From Takakia lepidozioides (lineage: Eukaryota; Plantae; Bryophyta): DNA of 64,000 nt. The position numbers and the translations under genes were made by a program. The notes under the pieces are model-generated. The model ran no database searches, was not told the DNA's origin, and saw only the letters and a list, made by a program, of their open reading frames with translations. Positions 38,832 to 51,300 of this stretch are shown here, piece by piece. Position 1 is the first letter of the stretch, and each line of letters starts with the position of its first letter. The DNA lies in the NCBI GenBank assembly GCA_030704615.1, contig CM060734.1, positions 30,876,001-30,940,000 on the forward strand. Direction: 5' to 3'.

Positions 38832-41800
38832 AGGGAGAGTGGTAGTCAAGCTGGAGAGGGTTCCTTCTACAATACGAAAGAGAAGAAAGTCTTTTTATTT
38901 TACTTCCCTTAGAGAGAGACGCAGAGCAAGAGAGCAAATGACGAGGCGTCGTTTGTTGGAGAACACAGGGCCAAGGCAGCAGGTGAACGCGGAGACTGAT
39001 TCACAAGAGCAGACCGAGACTGAGGCAGCGGCTGTGACACAGTCGGCGATAACAGTGCGCGTTGGAAACCAGCCTGTGGATGCAGAGATGACTCGCAGGG
39101 AAACTGAAGGAGGTGGAAGTACGAGGAACGCTGAACCGGGAGAAGGTCCAGAAACCCTAGAGCAGACAAAAATTCCAGCAGATGTGAGAGGGAAGAAGAA
39201 AGCTGCAGAAGAGGATCCAATTTCAAAACCTAAGAAGGCGCCAGTAAGTTTTCTCTAACTTACATTTCATTGTTGAAGATCTGCGTAGAGATTGAGTGGA
39301 ATGTCCCAGAAAGGGATTGTCGCTACCGACCATCACCATGAAACAACGGTGATTTGCTTTCTACTCCTCTGTTAAGGGTTTACAGCACAATGAGTGGGTG
39401 ACTGACGGTACCGTCATTCACTGTTGTTCAGATCATACAGTCTGTCTGATTGCCTTTCAAGCAGTCCTTCCTCTTCCATTCTTTAGGAGGAATATGTGAT
39501 TGAAGTCTACTGAATTGCGAGCGTCGTTAACGCCATTCGATTCTCCTCATGAGATTTATGTATCTATGTGTTTGAAGAGAGAGTGAGGGTCGGCATATTC
39601 AGTCATAATGTATTGCAATGCATTTTCTTTGTATGAGGTTGAACAGATAGAGAAGTGGAAAGGCGGTACCGCCAATCAAAGATTTGAAGACCATACTGTA
39701 GATTCAGGTAGAGTATCGATTGGAAAGTACTCTCGACATAGACAAGAAACCGTGAATGCTTGCGACGGTAATCACAATGGAGTCAATCTGAATAATCTGC
39801 ACTTATTGTCCGCCCTAAACTATACTGAATGTCGTTGCCGCCAATCACTTACACATATATGTCATTACACAACACCGATCCGGCAGGTCCTTGTCTTTTG
39901 TGATTGTCGTTAACGCCATTCGCTCTCGCTCTCGCTTTTGTTTTGAATTCGGCAGGATCAGCTTTGCTTGTGTAGATGTTTCTGAATTTGTTTCACACCA
40001 TTCATTGTGAGTTTTGTCGAGACAGAGTGATGGTCGTTACCGCCGTTCACTATTTGCACATTACTCAGTCAGATTTGAATGGCATCGTGCAGAAAACTTT
40101 GAGGTCCAAGCCTACAAGATCAGAGGGGAAAGGATCTGGAGATGGGGACGAGTCTGGAAAAGCTCAGAGAATAACGATGAAGCAGATGAATCTGAAGTGC
40201 ACTACCTTGACAAGGTGAAAGAACTCATGTCATTCCAGAAGGTAAACTCTCAGGAGGTTATAAGGGACATGCTCGTATTTGGAGGGCGTCTGGACATCCC
40301 TCTGTGCCGGATGATATCTATGCCTGTTGTGCGTCCACCTCTTTCCCATGACATAACAAAATTGGAGAGTGATTTTGTGCATGGATACAGACTTGGTGCA
40401 CAAGTTTTTTCTGTGTCACTGAGCACATCAGTGTCTCCAGAGATCAGTGATACCTGGGATGAGTGCTGGAAAGATGCCAATGAGGAGTTCGAGCTGGGCC
40501 TCATGATGGGAAAGAACACCCAGCAATTCTGCAACCACATGTTCTACGTCTGGGATGGCAACCACCGATTGCTGGCATGGATGGGATACATCCAGAAACA
40601 CCATGCGAAAGACAAAGACAAGCATGTTGCTGTGGAGGCAATGGTTTTGAATCCAGGAAACGACATCGCTAGGCTTCTTACAGCTATGCACGACGTGAAC
40701 AAGTAAGTCATCCTAGAGATTTCATTCCCTCTATAGTGTCTTGTTAATCCCAAAAAAACAGTGTTAAGGAATGCAATGTTTCCAATGTTTTTGCAGATCG
40801 ACAGAGAAATCGCATGTGACAACAAGCTTGGTCCACACACTATTCCGAATTCAGAGGATTGGTCTGATGAAGCTGGATGATTTTCGGACAGTACTCCCCC
40901 CAATATAATCAAGAAGTGCGAAACAGGAAGAGCTGCAGGCACTTGGTATTCTTTGACTCGAGAGGCGTTTCTGGAGTACATGTATGCGGTAAGCCCGAGT
41001 CTGTACTCAGTTTACTTTTCGAATACATGTTTGTAGTCCCTTCGGTGCTAATCACTATTTGAATCAATGCAGCAAGAACTGGCAGAGGCAGCTGAGAAGG
41101 GAAAATCCGAATATTACCGCACTACACCAGAGGAACTAAGGACATCAAAGGGTGTGGAAGCAACAATAAAAAATGAGTTTGAAATGCGAAGAACCAAATT
41201 GATGTCCGCCTTCGGAAAGCAGCTTAGAATAGTAGATCCTGGACTTGGTTCTGAGTTCATTCAGCAGATCAAATCTCACTATGACAAGCATGTGCATCCG
41301 GAGATGCAGCAGGAGAAATTGCACCGGCTGGCCATATCCATGGTCGACCCACAAACATAAATAAGGTGGTTGGAGATATGGAACTCAGATCAGACAGTAA
41401 ATGACTTGAATCAGTTCCCAAAGAGCACCATACAGCCTGGCACAAAGGTGAAGGAATCAGTGATTTGGTGTTTGATAACTGGCTCCACAAGGCTACATTT
41501 TGGAGTCAGGTGTGTATTCAAATAAGCCGTTTTCTTTTCTTCAATTATGTGATGAGTATCTTACTTGCAATACTGACAAATATACAATTTGCAGCTCGAA
41601 AAGCGCGCCGTCATTGTGCTGGATCAGACTTTGAAGAACTTGAACATTTCGATTGTTTCCCCTCCCCAAATGTCATTGGAGGCATACATAAGGAAGTGGA
41701 GAGGTCTCACCTGGAGATATTATTTTTTCCGGGAGTTCCCCAAAGATGGTAACATTTTACGGTCCAACGACTTTGACAGTTAGGTTGGAGGAGAGTGGGC

Positions 41801-44800
41801 CATGATGCGAGTTGTGTACAGGTGTGGAAACTCTACTGCACTTTTTGGGAAATAATTTGGCTTAATAAGGATTGTAATCATAGATCCAAATTGAATGTCG
41901 TTGACGACATTCACTTCTTTGTCTGAGTCATTCTTAAGCGAGAATTTGAATTCGCCTGGATTAGGAGCTTAGGGTGTAATTATAGTGTCCCTGATTAGAA
42001 TTGATAATGTCCCTTAATGGCGTTGACGACATTCACATCCAGAGTTGTTGAGAGGTCCTCAGAGTTATGTAAGTTTTTGTAATGTCCATAGAGTTTACAG
42101 TGAGGGTTCCTCACTTCAGTTTGCTGAATGTCAATGCAGACATTCAGTTGTTCTGCATTGCTTTTGCCTCTTGCGAGAAATCTTGAGGCTTGATTAGCTG
42201 TGTTATCAGAGATCCAAAGTGAATGTCGTTGACGACATTCACTTCTATGTCTGTGTCATTCACCAGCGACAATTTGAATTTACATGGATTGGGAGCTAAG
42301 GGTGTATTAATTGGTTCCTTGTTCGTAATTTTGTGAATGGCGTTGACGCCATTCACATCCAGTGTTATTATGAGGTCCTCAGTGTTATGTTCGTTATGAA
42401 TGTCCATTGAGTTTTTGGGGAGGGTTCCTTACTCGAGTTTCTGATTTCCATCCAATGATTTTGCCTCTTTTGAGAAATCAATAGGCTTGATTAGTAGTAT
42501 ATTCACAAATCCAAAGTGAATGTCGTTGACGACATTCACTTCTATGTCTGTGTCATTCCAAAGCGAGAGTTTGCATTCACGTGGATTAGGGTGTATTCAC
42601 AATATCATTGAATGGAATGTTTTGAATGGCGTTGACGACATTCACATCCGGAGCTGTTGCGTGGTCCTGAAAGGTCCTTGGAGCAGTTCTCAAAGCCATT
42701 TCATTCCATGTTTTTTTCATTCTGTGCTACTTGCATCTTTCTCACTTCGCGCTTTGGTGGGTTGGGATTTATCTCCTGTTTAACAGGTACACGAAATATG
42801 TGCTTATGGAAGGAAATCACCTGAGCGGTATTCCAGACTATCTTAACATGTGGTCGGACCCTGCAAACGATCCAACCATGTATACTGCAGGGATATTGAA
42901 GGACTGGAGTCCTTCTCACTTCAGAGACTGTGGCTGGTACCTTGACTGCCCACCGGAGCACACAACCTTTCAAGAACAGCATATGAAATATTTGAACAAT
43001 AATGCTGAGATGCTGGCGCCTCTGACTGACGAAGAGTACCAAAGAAACATAGCAACATTGGCTGCCAAGGAGCCTGATGCTCAGGGAACGCTGCAGAAGG
43101 GAAAGAAGGCGGGCCGCAAACCAAAAGACAAGGCTCTTGATGTCATAGCCATCTCACCAGCAAAGCCAAAGGACAAAGACAAGTCCAAAGAGAAGGAAAA
43201 TGACAAGGGGAAGGAGAAAGAAAAGGAGATGGAGAGTGGGCAGGACTTCACTGCTGGAAGATATACCCGCACAGTTCAGTGCGTGTTCGATGCCAAGCCA
43301 CACCCTTCCCGTTCTGATTTGGCAGGAGAGATTAAAATTGTCAATGAGGGTTGGCTGTCGACGATGCAGAGTCGAAAGAGAGGATACACTGGGGTGCCTT
43401 CGCCTACCTGGGACAATATAATCTCATTCCTCAATCTGGTGAGAATTCCAGTTTTTTTTTTTTTTCTCTGAAAGTTTCATTGGCAGTATTTCAGTCTGGT
43501 TATTTGAAAACATTCTTTCCATCGTTCTTAAAAAAAACATGTCTGTTGCAGGTGAGCACAGGTCCCACCTTCATGTGCGGTGTGCAGAAAACATATGCGG
43601 CTGACATTGTCATTCTCGACATCCCGGATGGCCAGGCTGTGCCAGAAGTTCTTCCAAAGGGCAAGACGCCAGGCTGGAACAAATTCGAGGACAACTATTG
43701 GAGTTGGGTGTTCGTGTTCTGTAATAATTTCCTCTCTGATGCAGAGACACTTCTGCTTTTTCAGTCATGTGACAAAGATAGTCGTCGGGCATTGGCATCA
43801 TACCTGAAGTCTTCAGGGTTTGAAGTTTTGCGCACATGGAATTGTGTGAACAGCCTCTACCTTGTGAAAGGGGGTTTCCCTGGTCAGCTGGTATGCCGTC
43901 TCCCTTCTGCTTGTGCTTTCATGATGATTTTCAATGTTCTCTGCAGCTCCACTCTAGAAGAATCTGTCATGATCGACACCGATCATCACCGATTCGTGAT
44001 AAAAATGATTGTTTTGTGCCTGAGTTCTGAATAGCGGATGTACACACTTCCACTATAGATTGTGTTTACCACACTAACCTACTATCTTTGGCAGACGAGG
44101 ATGTTCGAGGCAATCTGCCTGCGGAGGATTCGCACCTCAAAGACACCATCCTCTATCCGCAGCTTTGAGATTTCTGACCAGGGTTGTTTCGTCAACCCCC
44201 CCTATGAGCCGCATGTCGATGACATTTTGTACAACTTCATGCAGTCCAGTCAGACTCTGAAGAGACCAGATGGCACTCCCTGGAGAGGTGCAAAGGAAAA
44301 ATCCCCAGCGTTCATGCAAATACTGCTGGAGTTATGCAGCCACCACTCTGCACGGGTGGTCGATCTTTCTGTGTCCACAGGTTCGTTCTCTCCCTTTTGA
44401 ATTGATTTTCTTTCACCAGTTCCATCTGCTTAAATCCCCCCCACCGAACTGTTCATGTCCTCTTGTCTGGTGCAGGAGCAACTTACCATGCATGTAAGGC
44501 AGGCGGAAGAAGCCTTTTTGGCATGGAGGGTGATTCTGACCTCTACAACACATTGCTCCTCCCCCCTTTGTCTGGCTCCACTTCAGGCACACAGACTGAT
44601 CGGATTCAAATTCGAAATGATGACGATCCCGAAGATAAGCAGGTCGACAACGACTTTTCATATGAGTAAGTGCTAAACCCACTTTGGGAGTCATACTCAA
44701 TTTCTCAATAACATCAAAGTTACAGTAATAACTTTTTCAGGCTGTCTTTCAGGAAAGGCAGCGGTGGATCTTCAGGAGATACAATCATTTGTGGCGAGTC

Positions 44801-44999
44801 TGTTTTCGACAACCCCCTTTCCAATTTTCTGCTTCTTGATTATGCCGAAGCAATGACACTTCACACGGCCGAGTCCCTATCCCCTGAATTTAAACTGCCC
44901 GGCCGTAGGTGTAGCCAGCGTAGATCCGGAGTTCTTAAATACTTAGACTTAGATGCAGATGAAGCGGGGATACATTGTACTGACTCTGAGTCAGACTGA
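38832..44999 (+). pseudogene. Outer cargo gene: ParB/Srx-like plus beta-class methyltransferase-like protein, homologue of 28866-34698
   Basis: Same exon order and motifs: VWDGNHRLLAW (DGNHR at 40554-40568), HTLFRIQ, WLHKATFWSQ, HFRDCGWYLD, DIVILDIPDG (43618), KEKSPAFMQ, VVDLSVST^GATYHACKAGGRSLFGMEGD. Several stops and frameshifts. Confidence 0.75.
41880..42670. repeat. Intronic ~300-325 bp tandem units containing GTGAATGTCGTTGACGACATTCAC palindromes
   Basis: Palindromes at about 41892, 42016, 42219, 42333, 42516 and 42624. Confidence 0.88.
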
Positions 45000-47679
45000 A
45001 CTATGTTCTTTTAATATTCTGTTTCATCCTCTTTGGAAAACGTTGAATCCCCTTCCTCCACCGTAGTTGTTCCTTTGGAAAGAAAAATAATCAAAGAATC
45101 AACTACCATTTAAATTGCAATATGTATGAATCCATCTCACAAACCTCCCTCACTCTTGTCATATCCATTGTGCTTTCATCTACAGTGTATTCATGCGTAC
45201 TCCATTCATGAATGTTTTCCTTTGTTCAACATCCATTGTACATTCATCCTCTGTACTCTTTAATCCACCCCACAAACCTTCCACACTCATGTCATATACG
45301 TTGTGCATTCGTCTAAAGTTTTAGTCATGCATCTTCGTGTCATGAATGTTTTTCATTGCTCAACATCCATTATACATTCATCCATTTGACTCTTATCCAT
45401 CCCTCATTCATCCATCTACATTCATTTTTCACACTCATCCATCTGTTTATCATCCAACTGTACATTCATCCATCCTTTATTCATCTGTTGCTTTCAGGTG
45501 GGAATGACCACTGCCTTTTATTATGACGTCCAGCTTGTTTCCGCGTTAAAGGGTGCCAATCCGCGGGAATACACTCCACTTCTTCCTGGGCGTGTGGTGA
45601 CACGGTCTTCAAGTGTGATGACGTGGAGTGAGCCCCGTGATGTGGCATTGGCGCAAGGTGACGTGGCGTGAGCGCAGTTGTGCTCACGCGCTCACGTGAC
45701 CAGGCTCACGCCGAGGCATCCCCCCCAAGCGAGGGAGTCCACAATACCGCTTTTGGCACGGGCACGTGAGGATGCTATATGAGGCAGGGCAACTGAAATT
45801 TACAGATTTTGAAACAAGGAAGGGTTATCAAGATGAAAGGCCTAAAAACCGGAAAACAGGTGCACCTGGTGCTTTGAATAGTATCTGTTGCAAAGATTGT
45901 GTGTCATCCAGATAGAGAGACAGAATGTACTCATAAGACGTTGTTTGTTGTAGCTTTGTGGCCATTGACCCAGCTAGAGAGACTTTATGCACTCACAAAG
46001 GTAGTCTATAACTGTGTACTCCTTGATTGGTTTTGGTCTATATGGCAAGTTCTGAAACCAGCCCCCCCAAGCCAGTGACAATATGTGAGCTGGTGATAGT
46101 TTGGTTCAGCCCTCACAAGTATAATGACAACTTACACATCATTGCAAAGGATGAAACACGCAAGTAACATCCAAAATATCTAGAAACCCAAAGTTACTAT
46201 AAGGGGATTGGGTCATATTGCAATGGCCAAGAACGAGAGGACTTTCTCCTGCCACATCCTCCAGGCCTTTTCCTTGGCTGGAGTCACTTTGGCTTGGTCT
46301 CCAACAACAGCTGCTGATTGGCTTGGTAAAATTGCTGGTTGACTGACTGATTCTAGGTTGTCAAGAGGCAGGTTGAGATCTGTTGCGTGCCTCAGGATGT
46401 CCCCTAGTATCTCAGTGCTATGTCGTGTCACTAGCCACTGCAAACCAAAACCTTACTCAATGACTTGTATTGGACCCAAACTTTCACTAAAAGCTCAAAA
46501 GGCTCTGAGCTGTATGTGTGATGAAAGATACAGTCCATGACATGTTATTTCAAGCAACATTCCATCCACAACGATCAACAACATGTCATGTCATGGGTAC
46601 TGATACGCCCTGAGTACTGCCCCACTAGTCACACAAGACGAAGCATTTTAGCTACGAGGCACTTAATTACAGGAACAAGAATGCACCAGCATGGATATGC
46701 TCCACATTCGCTTCTGCTCTCTAAGGGCACAAAGCTCAACAGCCATGTGCTTGCTCAAACAAACGCCCTCCTTTGCATTTGCGCCAAAGTGTTTGGACAG
46801 ACTCTCCAGTCAAAAATATGGTCCAAAGTGACAGACCAGTTAGGTGCAGACTGCTAATAGACCCGAAAAGCAAGCTCGCAAGTACTAAGAAACTTCCACT
46901 GAGACTGTGCAGAGATGAGTATCATAAACCATGAAGTGAGGAAATTCTTCAGTTCTGAAAATCCACTTCTTCCCCTCTCCATGACCATACCAAAGAAAGC
47001 CACCCCAAAATCAACGGCAGCAAAGGACATAGCAAAGGACATCATACAGTTCGTGCCAAGCTGTCCATCAAGCTCAAGCACGCATGAACATCATCATCCC
47101 TTCCCCGCACTGCAAGTCCCGGTTATTTTCGAGCATTTCGGGCATTTCGGGCAAGGTCCAAGAAATTGACGTTGATGACGTGGCTACGAAACGTGGCGAC
47201 GATGACGTGGTGACGATGACATGTCTACGATTATGTGGCACTATGGCACCCTATTGCTGCTCTATGCTAAACTAGCTTCCGACCTTCAGTCGTCGCTAGA
47301 ACTAGGGCTTCGCGTTGCTCCGCACTACTAGCGACGAATTCTGAGAACTATGTTCAATTTGCACAAGAAGGGCGGGGTCATCCGCGGGGTGTTACGTACA
47401 CACATCCCGTGTTTCATTGTTTGGTACAAGAAGAATGACGGAGTGGAATGACGGAGTGTTGCCGAAGCTATCATGTCACGTCTCGGCATTTCATTGTTTG
47501 ATGCAGATAAAATTATTCTTTCATGGAGGCTTTGTTTGAACATACCACATATTTACTACCATAGGTTCCCAATGATGTGTTCAATGTGACTTTTATGACG
47601 GAATAGTTATTTTTTATTTTAAGGGAAACACCTGGGAGCTACAGCTCACAAATCATGCCCCTTGATAGTGAGATATGTC

Positions 47680-48196
47680 AGATCTAGTGGGAGTTGGCCA
47701 AGTGCCTTGTGAGGGCCAGCAATTGGGCTGTCAACCAGGTGTGGGGTCGTCTTTGATATCTGTTTGAATGTCCAATTTTCAGACGTAATACATGTGTTGA
47801 AGAGAATGTTGTTTTCACAGATCGCAAATCTTCTAGCTGTCATTGCTGTTGGCACAAATAAAAAATGCAAGTCATCCATCCTTTCACCAGCAATTCCAGT
47901 CACCAGCAATTCGTGGTTAGAAGCAAACCACGAAAACTGTGGTAACACAGTTTTCCCCAAGGATGCACTGGGATGTCATCCTCACTACCTGATTTGGATA
48001 TCTGCAATCTATGTCTGAAGGGAATTTTGCTCTGACAGAGACAAGCAGAGCAACTGGTAAGAGCAAGTGAGGCATTACAAAAAGTGAAAGAGGTTTTGCA
48101 GCAGGGACTTCCAAGGGTCATGTGGACCGTAGATATCAAGGAGGCTGCCATATCACTCGGGCAGATTAGTGATGATGTTTCTGCATCGGCAAGTAA
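47680..48196 (+). pseudogene. mnmE: 3' fragment (two exons) of tRNA-modification GTPase MnmE/TrmE
   Basis: ...VGQVPCEGQQ/WAVNQ, intron 47739-48038, then RQAEQLVRASEAL...WTVDIKEAAISLGQIS...FCIGK*. FCIGK is the MnmE C-terminal signature. Internal deletion and frameshift. Confidence 0.72.
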
Positions 48197-48361
48197 ATGG
48201 TGTTTCTATCTTTTGTGAGACTTCATTCAACAATATAGCATATATGTGATGAAGAATGTATTATGTTGTTGTATTATGCTACGTCCCTTTCAAGGTATAT
48301 CATGCGGGAGGTGAAAATGGGGAGCGGGTAAAGGAAATGGGAATCTACTTCACGGACTTGA

Positions 48362-51300
48362 TAATGGATGACACCTCATGCAACTCTTACACCTAGACTG
48401 ACCCCACCAACGTCCGGGGAGAACCGGCAGCCAGTTACATGCTAGCCGACTAAATTCCAGAATTTCCGAATGAAATATGAAACCTCAGGAAATGGATCCG
48501 AGGGGGAAAATGGCCGAAGCGGAAATCAACCGGGTGCCCTACTTTTAGGAAGGATATTTGCCTTTCCATTTCATTACAGACAGGAAATCTGCCTTAGTTG
48601 GCAAGGCCTGGACGGATTCCGGCCCTTTTTATATTACAAAAAACGGAAATGGCCGTCGAAGTCTGCCACATGGCAGAATTCCAACGTGCTAGGCCGGGTT
48701 ACATCCGAGGAAGGGCGTTTACGTTAAAAAATATTGAACTCAAGAGGGCGGCCCACGGGCAAACCTTACTAAGTCTGGACGTTGCTCTCGCAGCCCCAGC
48801 CCCACGCCTGCTTGCACTCGTTGCCTGCTATCACAGCTCACCTGTCCACGCGGGTTCAATTCTTGACCTCCATGTGGTTTGAAGGCATTGACAGGTCCAA
48901 CTTCTATAAGGATACAATGTTCTTCACTTGTTTGAATTGCTTAAAACTGGTTGTGATTATTTCTTATTATTATTATTTACTTATTGTTGTGCATTTGACA
49001 CTTGTGTTGTCAACCAGTTGATATTTATAAGGGCCGGATTTATAGCTGAACACAAAATAAATCATTAGGAATATTACCGGTTGTAAAGAATTTATCCCGG
49101 AAATTGACCGGGTATAGTTACCACTAAGGGGCAGCAACCGACTGCCCAACCCACTTAGCCGATTGCTGCTGGGAATGAGCGGCTACTGGCTGGTTCAACT
49201 GAAATTATTTCCCGGACGCTGGACCCCACACACAGCTTTGCAAGCTGCCAGAACATATATTAAACCGTAAATTAGCAAGGGTTACAAGTTACCACTCGTA
49301 TACCAAACCCTCGGTACAGAGCATACTCAACTCTTGCTACACACAGATAGCAGTACACACTACTGCTACATAACACACTCAGAGGTGCGAGAGACAGTCC
49401 TATTGTATGTAACAGGTGTTCCTGGCGGGAACTTCATGCATGATTGCTTGCTAGAAACTAACAGACTAACGATTCATTCTCCTACGGCTAGTTCCACGTG
49501 GTTCGAGTTACACAGTGCTGATATTGCACTGTGATGACTCAAAACCAGTTCTCCCACTTCGCCACAGTGCGTTACTTTAGAGATTTGGGGCAGGTGTGAG
49601 TCCAGCAAGGTAGCACAGGCGCTGGAAACGATCGCGCGGTAATGGCTTGGTTAAAATGTCAGCGAGCTGATTCTCTGTGCTCACATACGTAACATCAACT
49701 TCACCCTCCAGCTGAGCATCTCAGATCTTGTGGTACTTCACTCCAATATGTTTAGTTCGCTGATGGAAGACCGGGTTGTGAACAAGGCGAATTGCAGATT
49801 GGTTATCGCTGAACAACCTGGTAGGGTGGGACTGTGTGGATCGAACACTTGCCAGAAGTCGCCGCATCCAGATGACTTCGTGAGTGGCGAGGGCAGCTGC
49901 CACATACCGACTCAGTCGTGCTGCCTGCGGTGCATGTCTGCTTGCGAGAGCCCCATGCCACCGGTCCACCATTCATCATAAGAAGAAACCCCGATCTTGA
50001 TTTTAAATCGTCAATGTCGGCAGCGTAGTCCGCATCACAGTATGCTGTTAGTCGATGCAGATCCGTTGGTTTTCCCCGTCCATACGTGAGCCTGTAGCCA
50101 AGCGTACCTCGAATATATTTTAGGATCCGCTTCACCGCTGCGACATGTGATGCAGTTGGCCGGTTGCTGAACTTGGCTGCGTTGCTGACCGCATAACTGA
50201 TATCAAATCTAGTGCCAATGCTTGCGAACTGTAAGCAACCAATACACTCCCCATATGGCCTGACAACTTGAGATTCTGCCGGTCCTCCATTATACAGCAC
50301 TAGCTCAGTTGCACTGTTGGGGTCTGCGGGTATTACTACTGGATTGCAGTGCTCATGACCAAAACGCTTTAGCACCCGCTCAAGATAGAGTCTCTGGTCC
50401 AGATGGATGAGCTTTTGCTCGCAATCCCTGGTAATGTGCAGGCCCACATATACTTCGGCTGGTCCTTTAGTAATCTGAAAGCCTCCATCCATATACTTGA
50501 GAATGTCCCGGATAGAATCATTCATGGTGCTGCACGCAATGCCATCGTCCACCCAGATGGTTATGATTAGCTTCGGATTGGCCTTGTTCACATAGACACA
50601 ACAATCTGCATTTGAGACAACAAGATCATAGTCTTGCAAAAATTGGTCAAACTTCCGATTCCAGACTCGGGGAGACTACTTCAGTCCATACAAAGCCTTT
50701 TGGAGCCTGCAAACTAGTCCTGGCGATGCCAGATCCTAGAACCCCGCAGGCTGCTCCATGTAAATCAAATTGAGCAATGTTTAAATCTTTTGCCGCTGCT
50801 ATCGAGAGGATTGCTCGGATGGAGTCGAACTTAACAACCGGACTAAACGTCTCCTTGTAGTCCAGTCCTTGACGCTGTGTGAAGCCCTTTGCACATAGTC
50901 TCGCCTTAAACCTGTCTACAGACCCATCCGCTGCTAGTTTTAGCCTAAACACCCATTTGCATTAATTCACGGTCTTCCGATCGCTGGGTAATGCTTCCAT
51001 CTGCCAAGTACCGTTCTCCATGAGGGAGTCGTACTCATCACACATCGCTGCCAGCCAGTCTTCCTTCTGCGGCAAAGCCATTGCTTCCTCAAACGTGTGT
51101 GCCTCGATAGAAACTTCATCCACTGTTGCAATGCAGGCATATGAATTCTTATTGACGGATATATCCAGTCTCCAAGTCGGGTTGGAGGGTTGTGCTGTCG
51201 TGGTGGTAATACAGGGGCGGGAACCTCTTCAACTGGCTGTCGATATTCCTCCAGGGGCACATCCAAAGCAGCGGAATCTTGAACATGCTCCCACTGTTCA

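Larger units (their letters stand above)
23928..45724. mobile_element. Mutator-like (MULE) transposon, outer element, carrying a ParB-MTase-like cargo gene
   Basis: 9-bp TSD CCAAGAGAG (23919-23927) / CCAAGCGAG (45725-45733), an 8/9 match. Ends CAACAACGC... and ...GCATCCCCC. GCGTGAGC/GCTCACGC subterminal motifs; encodes a MULE transposase. Confidence 0.88.

Noticed and set aside
47290-47337. CGTCGCTAG...CTAGCGACG hairpin as a Helitron 3' end
   Set aside because: It is not followed by the expected CTRR|T terminus, and no 5' TC end is supported.
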